Notes under the pieces: generated by a model
Told to the model about the DNA's origin: nothing
Database searches by the model: none
The model's input: only the letters and a program-made list of their open reading frames with translations
In this document: positions 1 through 12,294 of the stretch, one piece after another
Layout of the letters: each line of letters begins with the position of its first letter
Position numbering within the stretch: position 1 is the first letter of the stretch
Position numbers and translations under genes: made by a program
Source: Octopus sinensis
Taxonomy: Eukaryota
DNA length: 64,000 bases
Assembly: GCF_006345805.1 (NCBI RefSeq)
Contig: NC_043012.1
Coordinates: 682,001 to 746,000 of the forward strand
Reading direction: 5' to 3'

Positions 1-48
<48 letters not shown>

Positions 49-379
49 CACACACATGTACATGCATATAAACACACACATATAGGCAAAAATATTTGCG
101 TGTGTGTGTCTGTGTGAATAAGCATAAGGCCAGATTTGAAATAGTAGAATTTTATCCGTCGATCTCTAAACCATTATTATGCAAAGCTTTACTAAGATTT
201 ATAGTACCATAGATATCGGAATTAGATAGAAATTGAAACACGGAAGGCCAAGAAACTATACGTGTATATATCCGGCCAATGACGAAATTATTCATACTAT
301 AATATATAAACTAATAGTCATTGACTGTACAAATCCTTACAAATCAAAGATCTTTTAATCAGTAATAACAGTCATTTGC

Positions 380-680
380 AGTAAAGACCCGCTTCAGTCA
401 TGAATGTCCATGGGATTGCACCTAGATAGTTACCATTCGAGGTAAAAGTCCAGGAAAGGTTGTATTGAGGGCCAGCAATCTCCCAGGCATACTAGCCTCC
501 CCTCTCCTTGCTATCGATGATATCCAAGGGAAAGGCCAAAGCCAATACAGCTTGGCACCTGAGACGTCGCAGACCATTTCTACAGATGAGCGAACTGGAA
601 CGACGTGATATATAGTGTCTTGCTCAATAACACAACACACACCGCGGTCCGGGAATCGAACTCATTACCTTCAATCGGGA
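380..680 (-). mobile_element. Decayed tRNA-derived SINE
   Basis: Minus strand has a B-box-like GAGTTCGATTCCC, then TTGAGCAAGACACT..CCAG, a body motif shared with other SINE copies here (35797, 38250). Confidence 0.5.
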
Positions 681-694
681 CAATGATGAAATAT

Positions 695-1638
695 CTAAGA
701 TGAAGTATGACCGTCCTTTGCCTGTATAAGCATCTACACACGGTCTGGCATAGAATGCACTGATGCTGAACACATGTTTTTCAAGCCTTCGTCATGGTAC
801 CTAGCCTTAATAACAGCACAGATTAGCTTCTGCATCATCGACCAGTCGACTTTTACGATTCTGCGTTTGATTATAGCTCATAGGTTTTCAATGGGGTTAA
901 TGTCAAGAAATTTTCCAGGCCAATCGAAAGCGCATTTTTCTGGAAGTACAACACGGAGCGAGATTCAGCTGGAAAATACCGTCTCTATTAGGGAAATCTT
1001 TTTGTGTCATCGGAAGCAAGTGAGCCTATAGGATAGCCTTGTATTTATTACGATTCCCCATTCTCTTGGCATTAAGCCGTCCGGGAGTTCCAGCACCAAA
1101 GCAGTACCTTAGGTACGTGTTTTGCGTTTGTTGAGTGTGCCCTGGCCGATGACGCTCACCTTTGCTCCATCTCACTACCACTGACCTGTAACCCATGCAC
1201 TTCAAAATGCGATTCATCCGAATATATTACCTTTCTCTACTCTTTCTGCTTTCCACCCAGCATGATTACGTGTCAGTGCAGACGTTTTCTCATCATAATA
1301 GCTGTCAATGAATATCTACGTACCGGCTTCCTGGTAGATCTACCATATTCAAGGAGCCTTCGGTAAGCTGTTGAAGACGAAACATTTACATAACTGAAGC
1401 CAAATATTTCTGAAGGCCTTTGCTGGTTTTCCTTGGATCATTCACTCTATTTCTGATCAAGACCTCATCATCGCAAGGAATTTTTTTTGCGCCGTCTGCT
1501 TGAACGCCACTGTCTTCAGCTGTCTTCACAATTTCACCGACAGTTCACTTTGCCAGATTCAATTTTTCAGCAATCTGATACTAAAACCAAATTTTTTCTA
1601 AGAGTTACACTTGCACGCTTCCTGGGAATGCTATTCAT
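695..1638 (-). pseudogene. Tc1-family (DD34E) transposase pseudogene with several stops and frameshifts
   Basis: Stitched minus-strand translation gives MNSIPRKRAS..KLNLAK*TVGEIVK..DEVLIRNRVNDPRKTS..RRLLEYGRSTRKPVRR..*RKVIYSDESHFEVHG..DGIFQLNLAPCCTSRKM..DWPGKFLDINPIENL*AIIKRR..SMPDRV*MLIQAKDGHTSS*. This matches Tc1 motifs (SDES; QQD decayed to QLN; WPxxSPDLNPIENLW). No TIRs recognised. Confidence 0.85.
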
Positions 1639-2207
1639 TATGAATTTAAAGGCTAATAATGAACACATTCAGGTACAACAACACAGAGCGAGCTCTAGTG
1701 TAGCACTGAACGAAATGCTGGAGCGAGGCTACAACTTATTAGATGCCATATGTCACCACTACTCTATTCTAAACGGAAAACAGCAAAATCTTCATTAGTT
1801 TAGTCACAGATTAAAACATATGAAAAGGTCACCAAATTCGATCCTGTCCGGATTACTTTACACTCTACTGAATGCCCCCGACCCCGGACAAACGACTGAC
1901 TTGTTTAAATTCGTTACAACCCGATGTATATGTAATTGTTAGATCTGAGAATTTCGAAAAATGCTGACACTCAGATAAATTCATTTTATGGAGCTGGGCG
2001 CAGCCACTTAAAATGTTTGGTATTCACACGTGCGTATGCGTGTGTGCATGTGTTTGTGTATATATGTGTGTGTGTGAGTGTGTGTATGTGTGTGTGTATG
2101 TGTGTGTGTGTATATATGTGTGTGAGTGTTTGTGTGTGTGTGGTGTGAGTGTGTGTGTGGTGTGTGTGTATGTGTATTCTGGCAAAATGAGTTTTACCAG
2201 CATTTCA

Positions 2208-2375
2208 GAAGGCTAGCCTTGTCAAATTCTGTGTCACGCTGCATCTTCGTGAGAAGTGCGTTAAGTGTACACGTATCTGTGGTCTACTCAGCCACTTGCA
2301 CGTTCATTTAACTAGTAGGGTATTCGGTTGATTGGATCAACTGGAACCGTTGTCATCGACACCGATGGAGCGCCA
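2208..2375 (+). mobile_element. SINE family B body fragment (degenerate)
   Basis: CTGTGTCACGCTG..CTCAGCCACTTGCACGTT..GGATCAACTGGAACC matches the 3' half of the full copies at 17132 and 20710. Confidence 0.55.
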
Positions 2376-2415
2376 GCAGTTAGTTTATATGTACGTATGT
2401 ATGTGTGTGTGTGTA

Positions 2416-2456
<41 letters not shown>

Positions 2457-2747
2457 TTCAGTCATTTGACTGCGGCCATGTTGGAGCACCACCATTAGTC
2501 GAACAAATAAACCCCAGGACTTATTCTTTGTAAGCCTAGTATTTATTCTCTCGGTCACTGTTGCCAAACCGTTAAGTTACAGAGACGTAGACACACCAAC
2601 ATCAGTTGTCAAGCGATGATGGGGGACAACACACACACACATATATACGACGGGCTTCTTTCAGTTTCGGTGTGACAAATGTACTCACATGTCTTTGGTC
2701 AGCCCGAACTATAATAGAAGACACGCAGTGGAACTGAACCCGGAACC
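2457..2747 (-). mobile_element. SINE family A composite copy (partial)
   Basis: CAGTCATTTGACTGCGGCCATG.TGGAGCACC..GGGCTTCTTTCAGTTT..GAAGACAC..GCAGTGG.ACTGAACCCGGAACCA, collinear with the copies at 41231 and 54014. Confidence 0.7.
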
Positions 2748-3963
2748 AAATTCAAAAATGAGAACATAAAATAAATAAAAGTATGGAAAAACAACTTTTT
2801 TCGAATAACGAAAGAAACAAATAGAGAAACAAGACAGGTAACATAAAGAACATTCCCTTCATCAGTTGTCCCCTGTTTTATCTACTCTGGTTTTCGAAGG
2901 TTGGGACAAGACGTGATTTCTTTAAAACTGTCCCTCCCTCAAAGCAAGTTAAATAAAATTTTTATGAGAGTTAAAATTTTGCGGAAGGTTAAATTTTGCG
3001 GAGGGTTAAGGGATAAGAAAAACAGGACAGTAAGAACACAACAGTAAAAACAAACGGTGAGGGCTGTTAAGCCATAACGATGTGAAGTGGTGAACGCTGG
3101 AAAAACGAGCTTTGAGAAGAGACAGGCAAAAGCACGTCTTGTCTTTAGGAAGGAAGTGAAAGCAAGTAGAAGAAAGAAAGATAGAAAGCCGTTGATCACA
3201 TGTGAGCAACGAGAGAGTCAAGGAGGAAGAGTGAGAGAGAGTGGGAGCAGTGAAGGGGAGAGAAGAGTTACAGAACGGATGGGAGAGAAAAACAGAAAGG
3301 AAGAAAAGGAGAGGGAGATAGAATAGAGATAGGGTGTAGAGTGCGCATCGGAATTATTAAGATAAAATTTACTTGGAAATGGATGCGTGGCGTTCGATCA
3401 ATATAAATATATGTGTGTGTATACACACACACATGCTGCATGTTTGCGTGTATGTATTCATGTATTTATGCATGTATGTATGTATGTATGTATGTATGTA
3501 TGTATGTATGTATGTATGTATGTATGTATGTATGTATGTTTGTATGTATGTATGAAAACAACGGACAACAACATGTAGAAAAAGGCAATACAGGACGGTT
3601 AAGTTTTAGTATATATCATATTATTTTAACGCTTAGTAGAAAGGGAAATTGTGGCAGTGGTTCAGACTATAGACCTTCATCGGAAAAAATATAAAGGGAA
3701 GAAAGCTGTTGGCAAAAAATGGCGTACGAGATGCTAGGGTCAGGCAGGAATGTATCTTTATGAGGGAGGGTTAAGATAGGAGGTGATACATTTGTTCGGT
3801 TGTGTGCAGGTGTAGGGGTTTACCCGTGTTTTGTGATATGCATAATGGTTGGGAGTGCAGTCTATGCATGTGGGTAGAGGTGTTCGATCGTAAAATATTT
3901 GTCTTGTGAGTAACGTGAACCGAGAATAGATTACTTTGTGAAAGAGGCCTCCGAGTCATGTAA

Positions 3964-4332
3964 TCTCTCTATATATAAACCGCAAAATGTATGTCTGTGT
4001 GTGTGTCCTTTATAAAAATCCACAATTTTTCAGTCAGAGGGTTCGCACTATCTATGTTCATTTAAAACCGTCCAAGGGTGGTCGTGCACATCTTTACATT
4101 TCCCCAGTCACCCCGCCAAGCCATTAAAACAATCAATAGAAGTGACTTTTTTGTTAATTTTCTATCCAAAACCCAATCAAAATGCCCGACACTTGATACG
4201 CCAATTGAATGCCAGCTAGCTGTATGTGATAGGTCGGAGATTTGGACAGTGCTCGCGTGTATATGCGCACGTACGCAGCTGTATATGCATGCACTAGCAC
4301 TATGACCCGGCAACGCCGGGTCATAGTGCTAG
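3964..4332 (+). mobile_element. Non-autonomous Helitron
   Basis: Starts TC (TCTCTCTATATATAAA) after A3963 and ends CTAG (4329-4332) before T4333, an A|T target with no TSD. GC-rich 3' hairpin CCCGGC-AAC-GCCGGG. Termini resemble the minus-strand copies at 29955 and 45718. Confidence 0.8.
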
Positions 4333-5315
4333 TTACATTTTAAAAGTGTTACATGTGGTGTCAACATTTTCGTAGAATAATTGCGACCTGGTCCTGCCTT
4401 GCAGTCTCACCTCACCCTTACAAAATTATAAAGCAGTGACCAGGTAGCAACTGTGTGTGATGCATTTGGATCGTCCATGAAATAAAAGTAAAAGTGACTT
4501 TCAGGTTTGATCTCAAATTTGTCACACGGCCAGTAAGTTCGAAGGAGGGAACGAGTCGATAACATTGACCCCAGTGCTTTACTGGTACTTCTTTCATCGA
4601 TCCCCAAAAGGATGAAAGTCAAAGCTGACATCGACTGAGTTTGGACTCTGAACGTAAAGGCGGACGAAATGGCGTTATGCATTTTGTCCGGCGTGCTAAC
4701 GATACTGATAGCTCACCACCTTAGATTTATGCATTATTGAATAGCATGCTTTTTCCACCATGCAATTTCTCTCTCTTTCCATCTCTCTCTCTCTCTCTCT
4801 CTCTCTCCTTCTCTCTTCTTGAATATTTGTTTCAAATTGTGGGAAAAGGCCAACAATTTTGTGGCAGGGGTTATGTTTATTATATCGACCCCAGTTCTTA
4901 ACTGGTACCTATTTTATCGTCCCCGAAGAGATTAAACTCAAAGTCGGTCTCTGCGGAGTTTGTATGCAGACCATACGGACGGACGAAATGTCGCTAAGCA
5001 GGTTTCCCGGTATGCAGATGAGTCTGCCAGTTCACTACCTTCGTAAATACCAAATGCATATGTATATACAGACAGAGAGAAAGAGAGCGAGAAAGAGAAA
5101 ATGAGAGAGAGAGAAAGAGAGAGAGAGAAAGCGAGAGGGAAAAAGAAAAAAGAAGATAGATAGACAGAATACAGCCAACAGTCACTAACGAGGAGGTATG
5201 GATAAATAATAGTATGTACCATACTTTCGCACATTCTTTTAGGTACCCATGTATCATCCATAGACATAGACACCCTCCCACTCATCCTTGGTTTAGGGGG
5301 ACATTGAAGATGCAG

Positions 5316-5366
<51 letters not shown>

Positions 5367-5672
5367 TTTCACAAGAAATCGTTTGGTACTTATTCACAAC
5401 TAGTGCAGCCCAAAATGAAACGCTTTATTCGTGAACACAACACGTCACCCTGTTCAAGAATCGAAACTACTACCTTGTGATCATCAGTCAAGCATTGTCG
5501 CAAATCACATAAAATCCTTTGTCGAAATATAGGTAGAATTTCATTTTGTTGCATTATATATCATTTAATTAACCGTCTAATTTTATGTTACAGTTTTAAA
5601 TTATCTGATAAATAACTGAAATTGTATCAAGGAAAAAGCGATTTATATCTTGCTTATTTGTCAAGAGTTTCA

Positions 5673-6296
5673 TTATTTGTTCATCCACACGATATCCCTA
5701 ACGAGCGACGAAAATTCCACTGGAAAGTTCCTAGTACCTTTCTGTTTTCTACTTTTCTTTTCTTTTTTTAATAATGCTTTCTTAACTTTTATTTTCAATC
5801 GTAGAAGTTTACTTTTGTCTGAATGCTTCGGTAATACAGAAGGAACCTTTATTTTCTGATTATGCTTCGAGTGTTTTACATTTTTAATGAAATATTTATA
5901 AAAATGTCTTCGGTTTTTCAGTAATTTAATGGGTTGGCCAGTTTGCATCAAATGCATTAATTTTTTCGCTCGAATATGTTTTAAATATAAAGCAATCTTT
6001 GATTGTTTAACACGTTTTTTGTTTTTCTTGACACAGATGCACATTTTATCAGTTTTGGGATATCTACAGGACCTATTCTTGAAAAATATCTTTTCTCGCT
6101 TTCTTCTGCGAATCGCGTTCAAGCAATTTAGCATGTCGCTTTTTGATGAGTTTGCCAACAAAGATTTCTTCTTTATTAATTCTACTGGAAAACAAACCCA
6201 CACTATCGTTTCGTTAATAGCATACGAAAAGTTCGACTTCTTACGTCTTTTCAATTAGAAATTTCTGTTTTGTGTTTTCCGTATCTTTCGGTCCAT
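5673..6296 (-). other. Lys/Arg-rich open frame of unknown status (193 open codons, 5673-6254); an in-frame ATG at 6296 is separated from it by one TAA at 6255-6257
   Basis: Non-repetitive sequence. 43 Lys + 16 Arg versus 9 acidic residues in 193 aa. No recognised family. Confidence 0.3.
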
Positions 6297-6649
6297 TCTT
6301 TCCTCGAATACACACTGTCTAGCCACTTCTTAAAGTTCATTTTAGACGGAGAAAATACAAGTGTTTAATAGGATAGTATTGTCGAAAGATTCATTGTGTT
6401 ATATGTTCGTCTGTGTTCATATGATGTATAAAATTATGAAAGAAAGCGAGAAAGAAAGTATACGTATATGTGTTTGCACGACTGTGTATATACATATATA
6501 AACATAAATACATACGCATATATATACATACAAACACACATACGCATATTCATATAGATTTATGCGTGTGTGTATGTGTGTGCGTGTGTGCATGCGCGCG
6601 TATGTAAGCTTACGAATCAAAAAATATGGCCGATTGTTTTAAAGTAATA

Positions 6650-6657
6650 TGACGTCA
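6650..6657. promoter_or_regulatory. Perfect CRE palindrome TGACGTCA
   Basis: Exact 8-bp match about 350 bp upstream of the minus-strand ATG at 6296. A single 8-mer can occur by chance in 64 kb. Confidence 0.2.
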
Positions 6658-7107
6658 CAAAACATTGCCTAAAATCAGACGACATATTTTTCCTTTTATT
6701 TCTTTAGTTTATTGATTTATAGCGTTTATTTGGATAAAAATATCATCATTTGAATTCTTATAGGTTTCAAACTTAACTGTTATTATAGACATTATGTAGC
6801 TTTAATTGTTGTTTTGCAGCACATTCATAAAGATTATCATACCGCATAACATTGGTGGAATTCGCAGATATGGAATGAGTGTTGATATTTACCGAATATT
6901 CATTTTATTCCTATTTTTACAGACATTAGATAGAAGATATTTTAAAAAAAAATATCGTATATTTTTCAATAATGTGTAACCAGTCCCTTCAAGATCCAGC
7001 GAATCAACTTCCAAGTTGTCACAGACTGAGTATATGATCGTCATCATCGGCTGTTTTATCACTGCATTATTGTCGCTGTCATCGTCATGGTATTCATCAA
7101 TACTCTC

Positions 7108-7156
<49 letters not shown>

Positions 7157-7284
7157 CTTCTATCACTTCACCACTATCACTGCCACCATCACTAGCAACA
7201 CCCCACCCCACCCCGCCACCGCCGCCACCACCATTAATCGCCAACATCATCTTTCGTTTAGCACCGTCGGCGCCACTTCCGAAT

Positions 7285-7750
7285 TCTTTTAGCTTTCATG
7301 TTTTACTTGTTTCAGTCATTAGACTGCGGCCATGCTGAAGCAACACATTAAAGAATCTTTGTCGAACGAATCGACGGCAGAACTTATAATTCTCTCAGGT
7401 CCTTTGGCCAAACCGCCAGGCTGCAGAGACATAAAGACACCAACACCGGTTGTCACGCGCTGGTGGGGGGGGGGTCAAATATAGATGTAATCACACACAC
7501 ACACAGGTACACACACACGCACACACATACGCACACACGTACACACACACACGCACACACATACGCACACACATAGATACACACACGCACGCACGCACAC
7601 ACATGGGCTTCTTTCAGTTTCCATAAACCAATTTCATTCATAAGGCTTTACTCGGCTAGGCTATAGTAGAAGACACTAGACTAAGGTGCGACGCAGTGGG
7701 ACCGAACGTGGAACCATGCGGCTGGGAAACAAAATTCTTACCACACCACG
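7285..7750 (-). mobile_element. SINE family A composite copy interrupted by (CA)n
   Basis: TTACTTGTTTCAGTCATT.GACTGCGGCCATGCTG..GGGCTTCTTTCAGTTTCC..GCTATAGTAGAAGACAC..ACGCAGTGGGAC.GAAC..GGAACCATG. Confidence 0.7.
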
Positions 7751-8023
7751 CTTGCGATTCTTTATGTTCTGAGTTTAAATTCCGTAGGGGTCGACTCTGC
7801 TTTTCATCGTTTTGGGGTCATTAAGCACAGGGGTCGATGTAATCCACGAAACCTCACGCGCAGAATGTCAGGCCAGGCTTAGCGGCATTTCGTTCGTTTT
7901 TACATTCTGAGTTCAAATTCGGCCGAAGTCGAGTTTACCTTTCAAACTTTTGAGGTCTGGGGTTGATGTAATCCACTAGCTCCCTTCCTCGAAATTCCAC
8001 GCCTTGTACCTATAGCAGTAAGG

Positions 8024-8024
<1 letters not shown>

Positions 8025-8084
<60 letters not shown>

Positions 8085-8173
8085 TATTATCATTATTATT
8101 ATCATTATTATTATTATTATTATTATTATCATCATCATCATCATCATCGTCATCATTATTATTATCATTATTA

Positions 8174-8235
<62 letters not shown>
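8025..8235. repeat. (ATT/ATC)n microsatellite
   Basis: Directly visible. Confidence 0.95.
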
Positions 8236-8786
8236 GAGTGAGAGGGCAGTACATGCAATCAAAGTGACACTAGGGTAAAATATATGAAGCCCAGTATACC
8301 CATCATGACTACCCGTCTGATAAGGGTACACCAGACACATGCATCACAATCATATGTGCGCGACATGGTGATCTCATATCAAGATAAACAGCACATGACC
8401 TTGCAGGTGGGGCCCAGTTCGAATTTTCTTCTGGTCGAGTAACCCATCCCGCTCAAAAGGTCCCTGAATAAAGTAAGTTTGTTAAAGTATGTTGAACGAA
8501 GCACCCATGTTTCCAGAGGTGAATTATTCAAACCCCCCCAAAATTCCTCTCAACACATGGATATAATGTTCCGCGACTACTTTTGTTTGTGATCAGAGAT
8601 GCACATATCGTCAACATCCAAGGAACATGCTCAAATGGTTAAAGTTAAACAAGTGACAAGCAAATCTCCGGTATTGAGCAGAATATTTGCTGGAGACCAA
8701 CTTTTATACCAAGACAAAACAATGTACAGGATAACACTTCCAACCAGTTAAGATCAAAAGCCATGAGAGCCACTGCCTGGTACTGC

Positions 8787-8790
<4 letters not shown>
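8236..8790 (-). mobile_element. Unclassified interspersed repeat, possibly a LINE 3' end with a (TAA)n tail
   Basis: A ~550-bp complex block bounded by (ATT)n on the left (a TAA tail on the minus strand) and (ATC)n on the right. No ORF motif recognised. Confidence 0.35.
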
Positions 8791-8817
<27 letters not shown>

Positions 8818-9199
8818 CCATGATCCTGATCATCATTATCATCATCATCATCATCACCCTCACCACTACCATCATCATCATCATCATCATCATCATTATC
8901 ATCATCATCATCATCATCACCATCATTATTATTGAGTTTGCAGAAAGGCGACGAGCTAAAAAAAAATCCTTAGCTCGCTAGATAAAATGCTTGACATTTC
9001 GTCCTTTTTATTTTTAGATTTTGTGATCGAATTCCGCCGAGGTCGATTTCATGTTTCATCTTTTCAGGGGTCGATGAAATAAATACCAATGAAGCACTAG
9101 GTTCGATGTAATCGAGTAGCCCTCCTGCCCACCCAAAAAAATTTCAGGGTTTATAACGTACAGTAGAAAAGATTATTATCATTGTTGTTGTTGTTATTA

Positions 9200-9455
9200 A
9201 GAAAAAAAATGAAATTGTTGTATACACTGCTCAGGTGCACTACAACTAAAAATAGAAAAAAGTTGGCACCAGGTGTGCTGTTGGCGAATTTCAGGAAGTA
9301 TGGAAGATCTGAAGGATGTAGTGTCTTGACAGCTAATAATTAATGCAAGTGGTTTATTCCATACTTTGGTAATTCTGAGGGTGAAAACATGTCTCCGAAG
9401 GTCGTGGGTGCTGTGTTGTGTTTTGGTCTTGTATGCATAGCTGTGGTTATTGCTG
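9200..9455 (-). mobile_element. 3' end of a CR1/L2-clade LINE (ORF2 C-terminus plus 3' UTR)
   Basis: Minus translation QHSTHDLRRHVFTLRITKVWNKPLALIISCQDTTSFRSS resembles the CR1-type tail RxHFFxxRVxxxWNxLPxxVV....SFK. Confidence 0.7.
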
Positions 9456-9471
9456 CTGCTACCGCTACTGC

Positions 9472-9512
<41 letters not shown>

Positions 9513-9719
9513 ATGATGATATTGGATAACACACTGGCAGGATCATTAGATTAGGTGGTGGCATAATTTTCATTTTAAATGGCTGCAACATTTCCTTTCA
9601 AGTTAAAGGTCCGAAACTATAACTTCCGCTCTCTGCAATCCTGTCACTTGAGACCCAAACACTGTCACGTGCGCTATCTCAACTCTTCTGACTAAGACAT
9701 TCAAACAACTTCCTTCGTC

Positions 9720-10240
9720 TTACTATTCCTCTGTTCTTGTTTGGAAATTTGTCTTGCTAATCCTCTAATCTTGTATAGTAATTCGTTTGCCTTACTCTGC
9801 TTCTATTCTTGCTCAGTATTTCCTTCAACTTGCTATTCCTCAATCCTTGTTTAGAAATTCATGAAACTATTTCCCTCCTCTTATTAAGCAAAGTCTTTCC
9901 CCTACGATTCTTCTATTCTTGTTCAGTAAATAATCTTACTGTTCCTTTATTCATGCTCTGTAATTCACGCATCTCATTATTCCACTATCCCTCTTCTTCA
10001 GTAATTCATGTCATACTATTATTCCCCCATGCTCGTTCAGTAACTCTTTTCTCTTACTTTTCCCCTATTCATGTTCACTAAATCTTTTATGTTATTATTC
10101 GGTCCATTCTTGTTCAATAATTCATAAGTCTTATCATTCATCTCTTCCTGTACAGTAATTCAGTTCCCTTAATACTTTCGCAGTTTGTGCAGTAGTATAT
10201 CTTACTATACCACTATTCTTGTTGAGCAATTCCTGTTTTA
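9720..10240. repeat. Old degenerate minisatellite, about 14 units of 34-41 bp
   Basis: A core resembling TTGTTCAGTAATTC recurs at about 9737, 9771, 9809, 9847, 9881, 9919, 9953, 9994, 10033, 10071, 10110, 10148, 10185 and 10219. Confidence 0.65.
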
Positions 10241-10414
10241 TTATTCCTTTATCACCGTTCGATAATTTCATCCCCCCCTTATTTTTTCCCCCTTTTTGAT
10301 TGATTTTTCTGTATAAGGATAAAAACAAAACAGGAAAAAAAAAAAACTAACCGAAAATAAAAAATTTTAATCAATAAGATGGCGAAAACAAAAAAAGGAT
10401 CTAGTTACACCAAA

Positions 10415-10705
<291 letters not shown>

Positions 10706-11325
10706 TTTAGACACCATACTACGTAAATGTCAGATAAAAACTTGAGTATGTATATATATATGTATTTCAGTGTGTGTGTGTGTGTGTGTGTGGAGGGGGT
10801 ATTTGTGCGAATGTGTTTGCGCGCGCGTTTGTGTGCTTAGAGCTAGAAATAGCTGATAAGACCAGCATATCGATATAACGTGCTATATGCCCAGAGACAG
10901 AAGTCATTAGTAATAAGACGCTCTCCGATTGGCTGCCAGAAACGTCGTAATTTGGTTTTCATATTTTATGAATCTTTACTGACGATATCAAATCTAAGGC
11001 AGGGGCAGAAGGAGAGAGAGAGAGAGAGGAGGAGGTAGAACAAGAGGAAAAGGAGGAGGAGAAGGATGGGTAGTAGGAGGAAGAGGAGGAGAAAGTTATA
11101 TAGAGGCAAAGAATAAGCGTGGGGGAAGGGAAGATGGGAGACACAGATTGATATCATACGATATTGATATGAGAGAAGAGTTATCATGTAAAATCGTTCT
11201 TCAACCGCACTTTATAATATGAAGGGATATTATAATAAGGGCTTAAAGAGTGTATATATATATGTGTGTGCGTGTGTGTGAGTGTGTGTGTACGTATATA
11301 TGTACAGGTAGACGCAAATTTAGAC

Positions 11326-11356
<31 letters not shown>

Positions 11357-11575
11357 AAATAAATTAATTAATTAATTAATAAATAAAATAATATATAAAT
11401 ATAAAAATATACATACATATATAAATATATATTTGTATATATATATATTTAAAATTTATAAGTTTAAATTATTTAAATAATTTTTTAATTTTTAACTTTT
11501 ATATTTTTAAATTAATTTTATGTATTGGCTTATGTTTTTCACTGTTTGATTTGCCTAATAGTGGTTTTATCTTTC

Positions 11576-11608
<33 letters not shown>

Positions 11609-11794
11609 TAAACAATTGCAGCGTGGAAGATGTTTATAAGCCATTTATAAACACACAAAAAAAGTTGGATTCACTTCAACATTTAAATTTAATTTGTCAA
11701 AATATTTTCGTCGCTTTGAAACCGCGATCTATTCACTGACAAAATTTCGTGCTGCATCTCAATTTTGTCAATGAACAGGTCGCAGTTTCATATA

Positions 11795-11960
11795 TACGAC
11801 GGACTTCTTTCAGTCTCCGTCTACCATATCCACTCACAAGTCTCTGGTCGGCCCGAAGCTATAGTAGAAGACACTTGCCCAATGTGCCACGCAGTAGGAC
11901 TGAACTCGGAATCATGTGGTTAGGAAGCAAACTTCTTACCATGCAACCACGCATACGCCT
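11795..11960 (-). mobile_element. SINE family A, 5' part
   Basis: CTTCTTTCAGT.TCCGTCTACCA.ATCCACTCACAAG..GCTATAGTAGAAGACACTTGCCCAA.GTGCCACGCAGT.GGACTGAAC. Confidence 0.75.
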
Positions 11961-12250
11961 ATACATACATAAAAATAGATAGATAGATAGATAAACAGGC
12001 ATACGCGTATATATATATATATATATATATATAGTGTGTGTGCGCGTTTGATTCTAAATCGGCCCTGTATTGCATAATAGAACATCTATTTCAGTAGATT
12101 TACACTATTTGGGAGAAAGTCAAACATCACTTTTTGTTTGCTAAACCATGAAACTCTAAACAAAGCCCTATTACTTTTCTTCACCCATTTTCTTTATTTT
12201 GCTAATGAATAAAAAAAAAAAAGGAATGATAATTTTCATCTCAACATAAT

Positions 12251-12274
12251 TTTTTTTTTTTTTGTATATCCCAG
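12251..12274 (+). promoter_or_regulatory. Putative splice acceptor (poly-T tract plus CAG) ending a 5' UTR intron
   Basis: T13-GTATATCCCAG|G, with the AG at 12273-12274, 20 nt upstream of ATG 12295. A branch-like CTCAAC lies near 12240. Confidence 0.55.
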
Positions 12275-12294
12275 GTTGGCGGAATTCCTTGAGA

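Noticed and set aside
2790-2860. Minus-strand CTGATGA...CGAAA with a ~55-nt insert
   Set aside because: No stem II, stem I or NUH site could be paired. At most a remote PLE-terminus relic.
11340-11525. Almost pure A/T tract that could be read as an origin or matrix-attachment region
   Set aside because: It is indistinguishable from decayed (TA)n or low-quality sequence, and nothing specific supports a function.
12262-12294. ORF-track start of EFR3 at 12262
   Set aside because: It is a TTG inside the polypyrimidine tract upstream of the putative acceptor AG. ATG 12295 is the plausible start.
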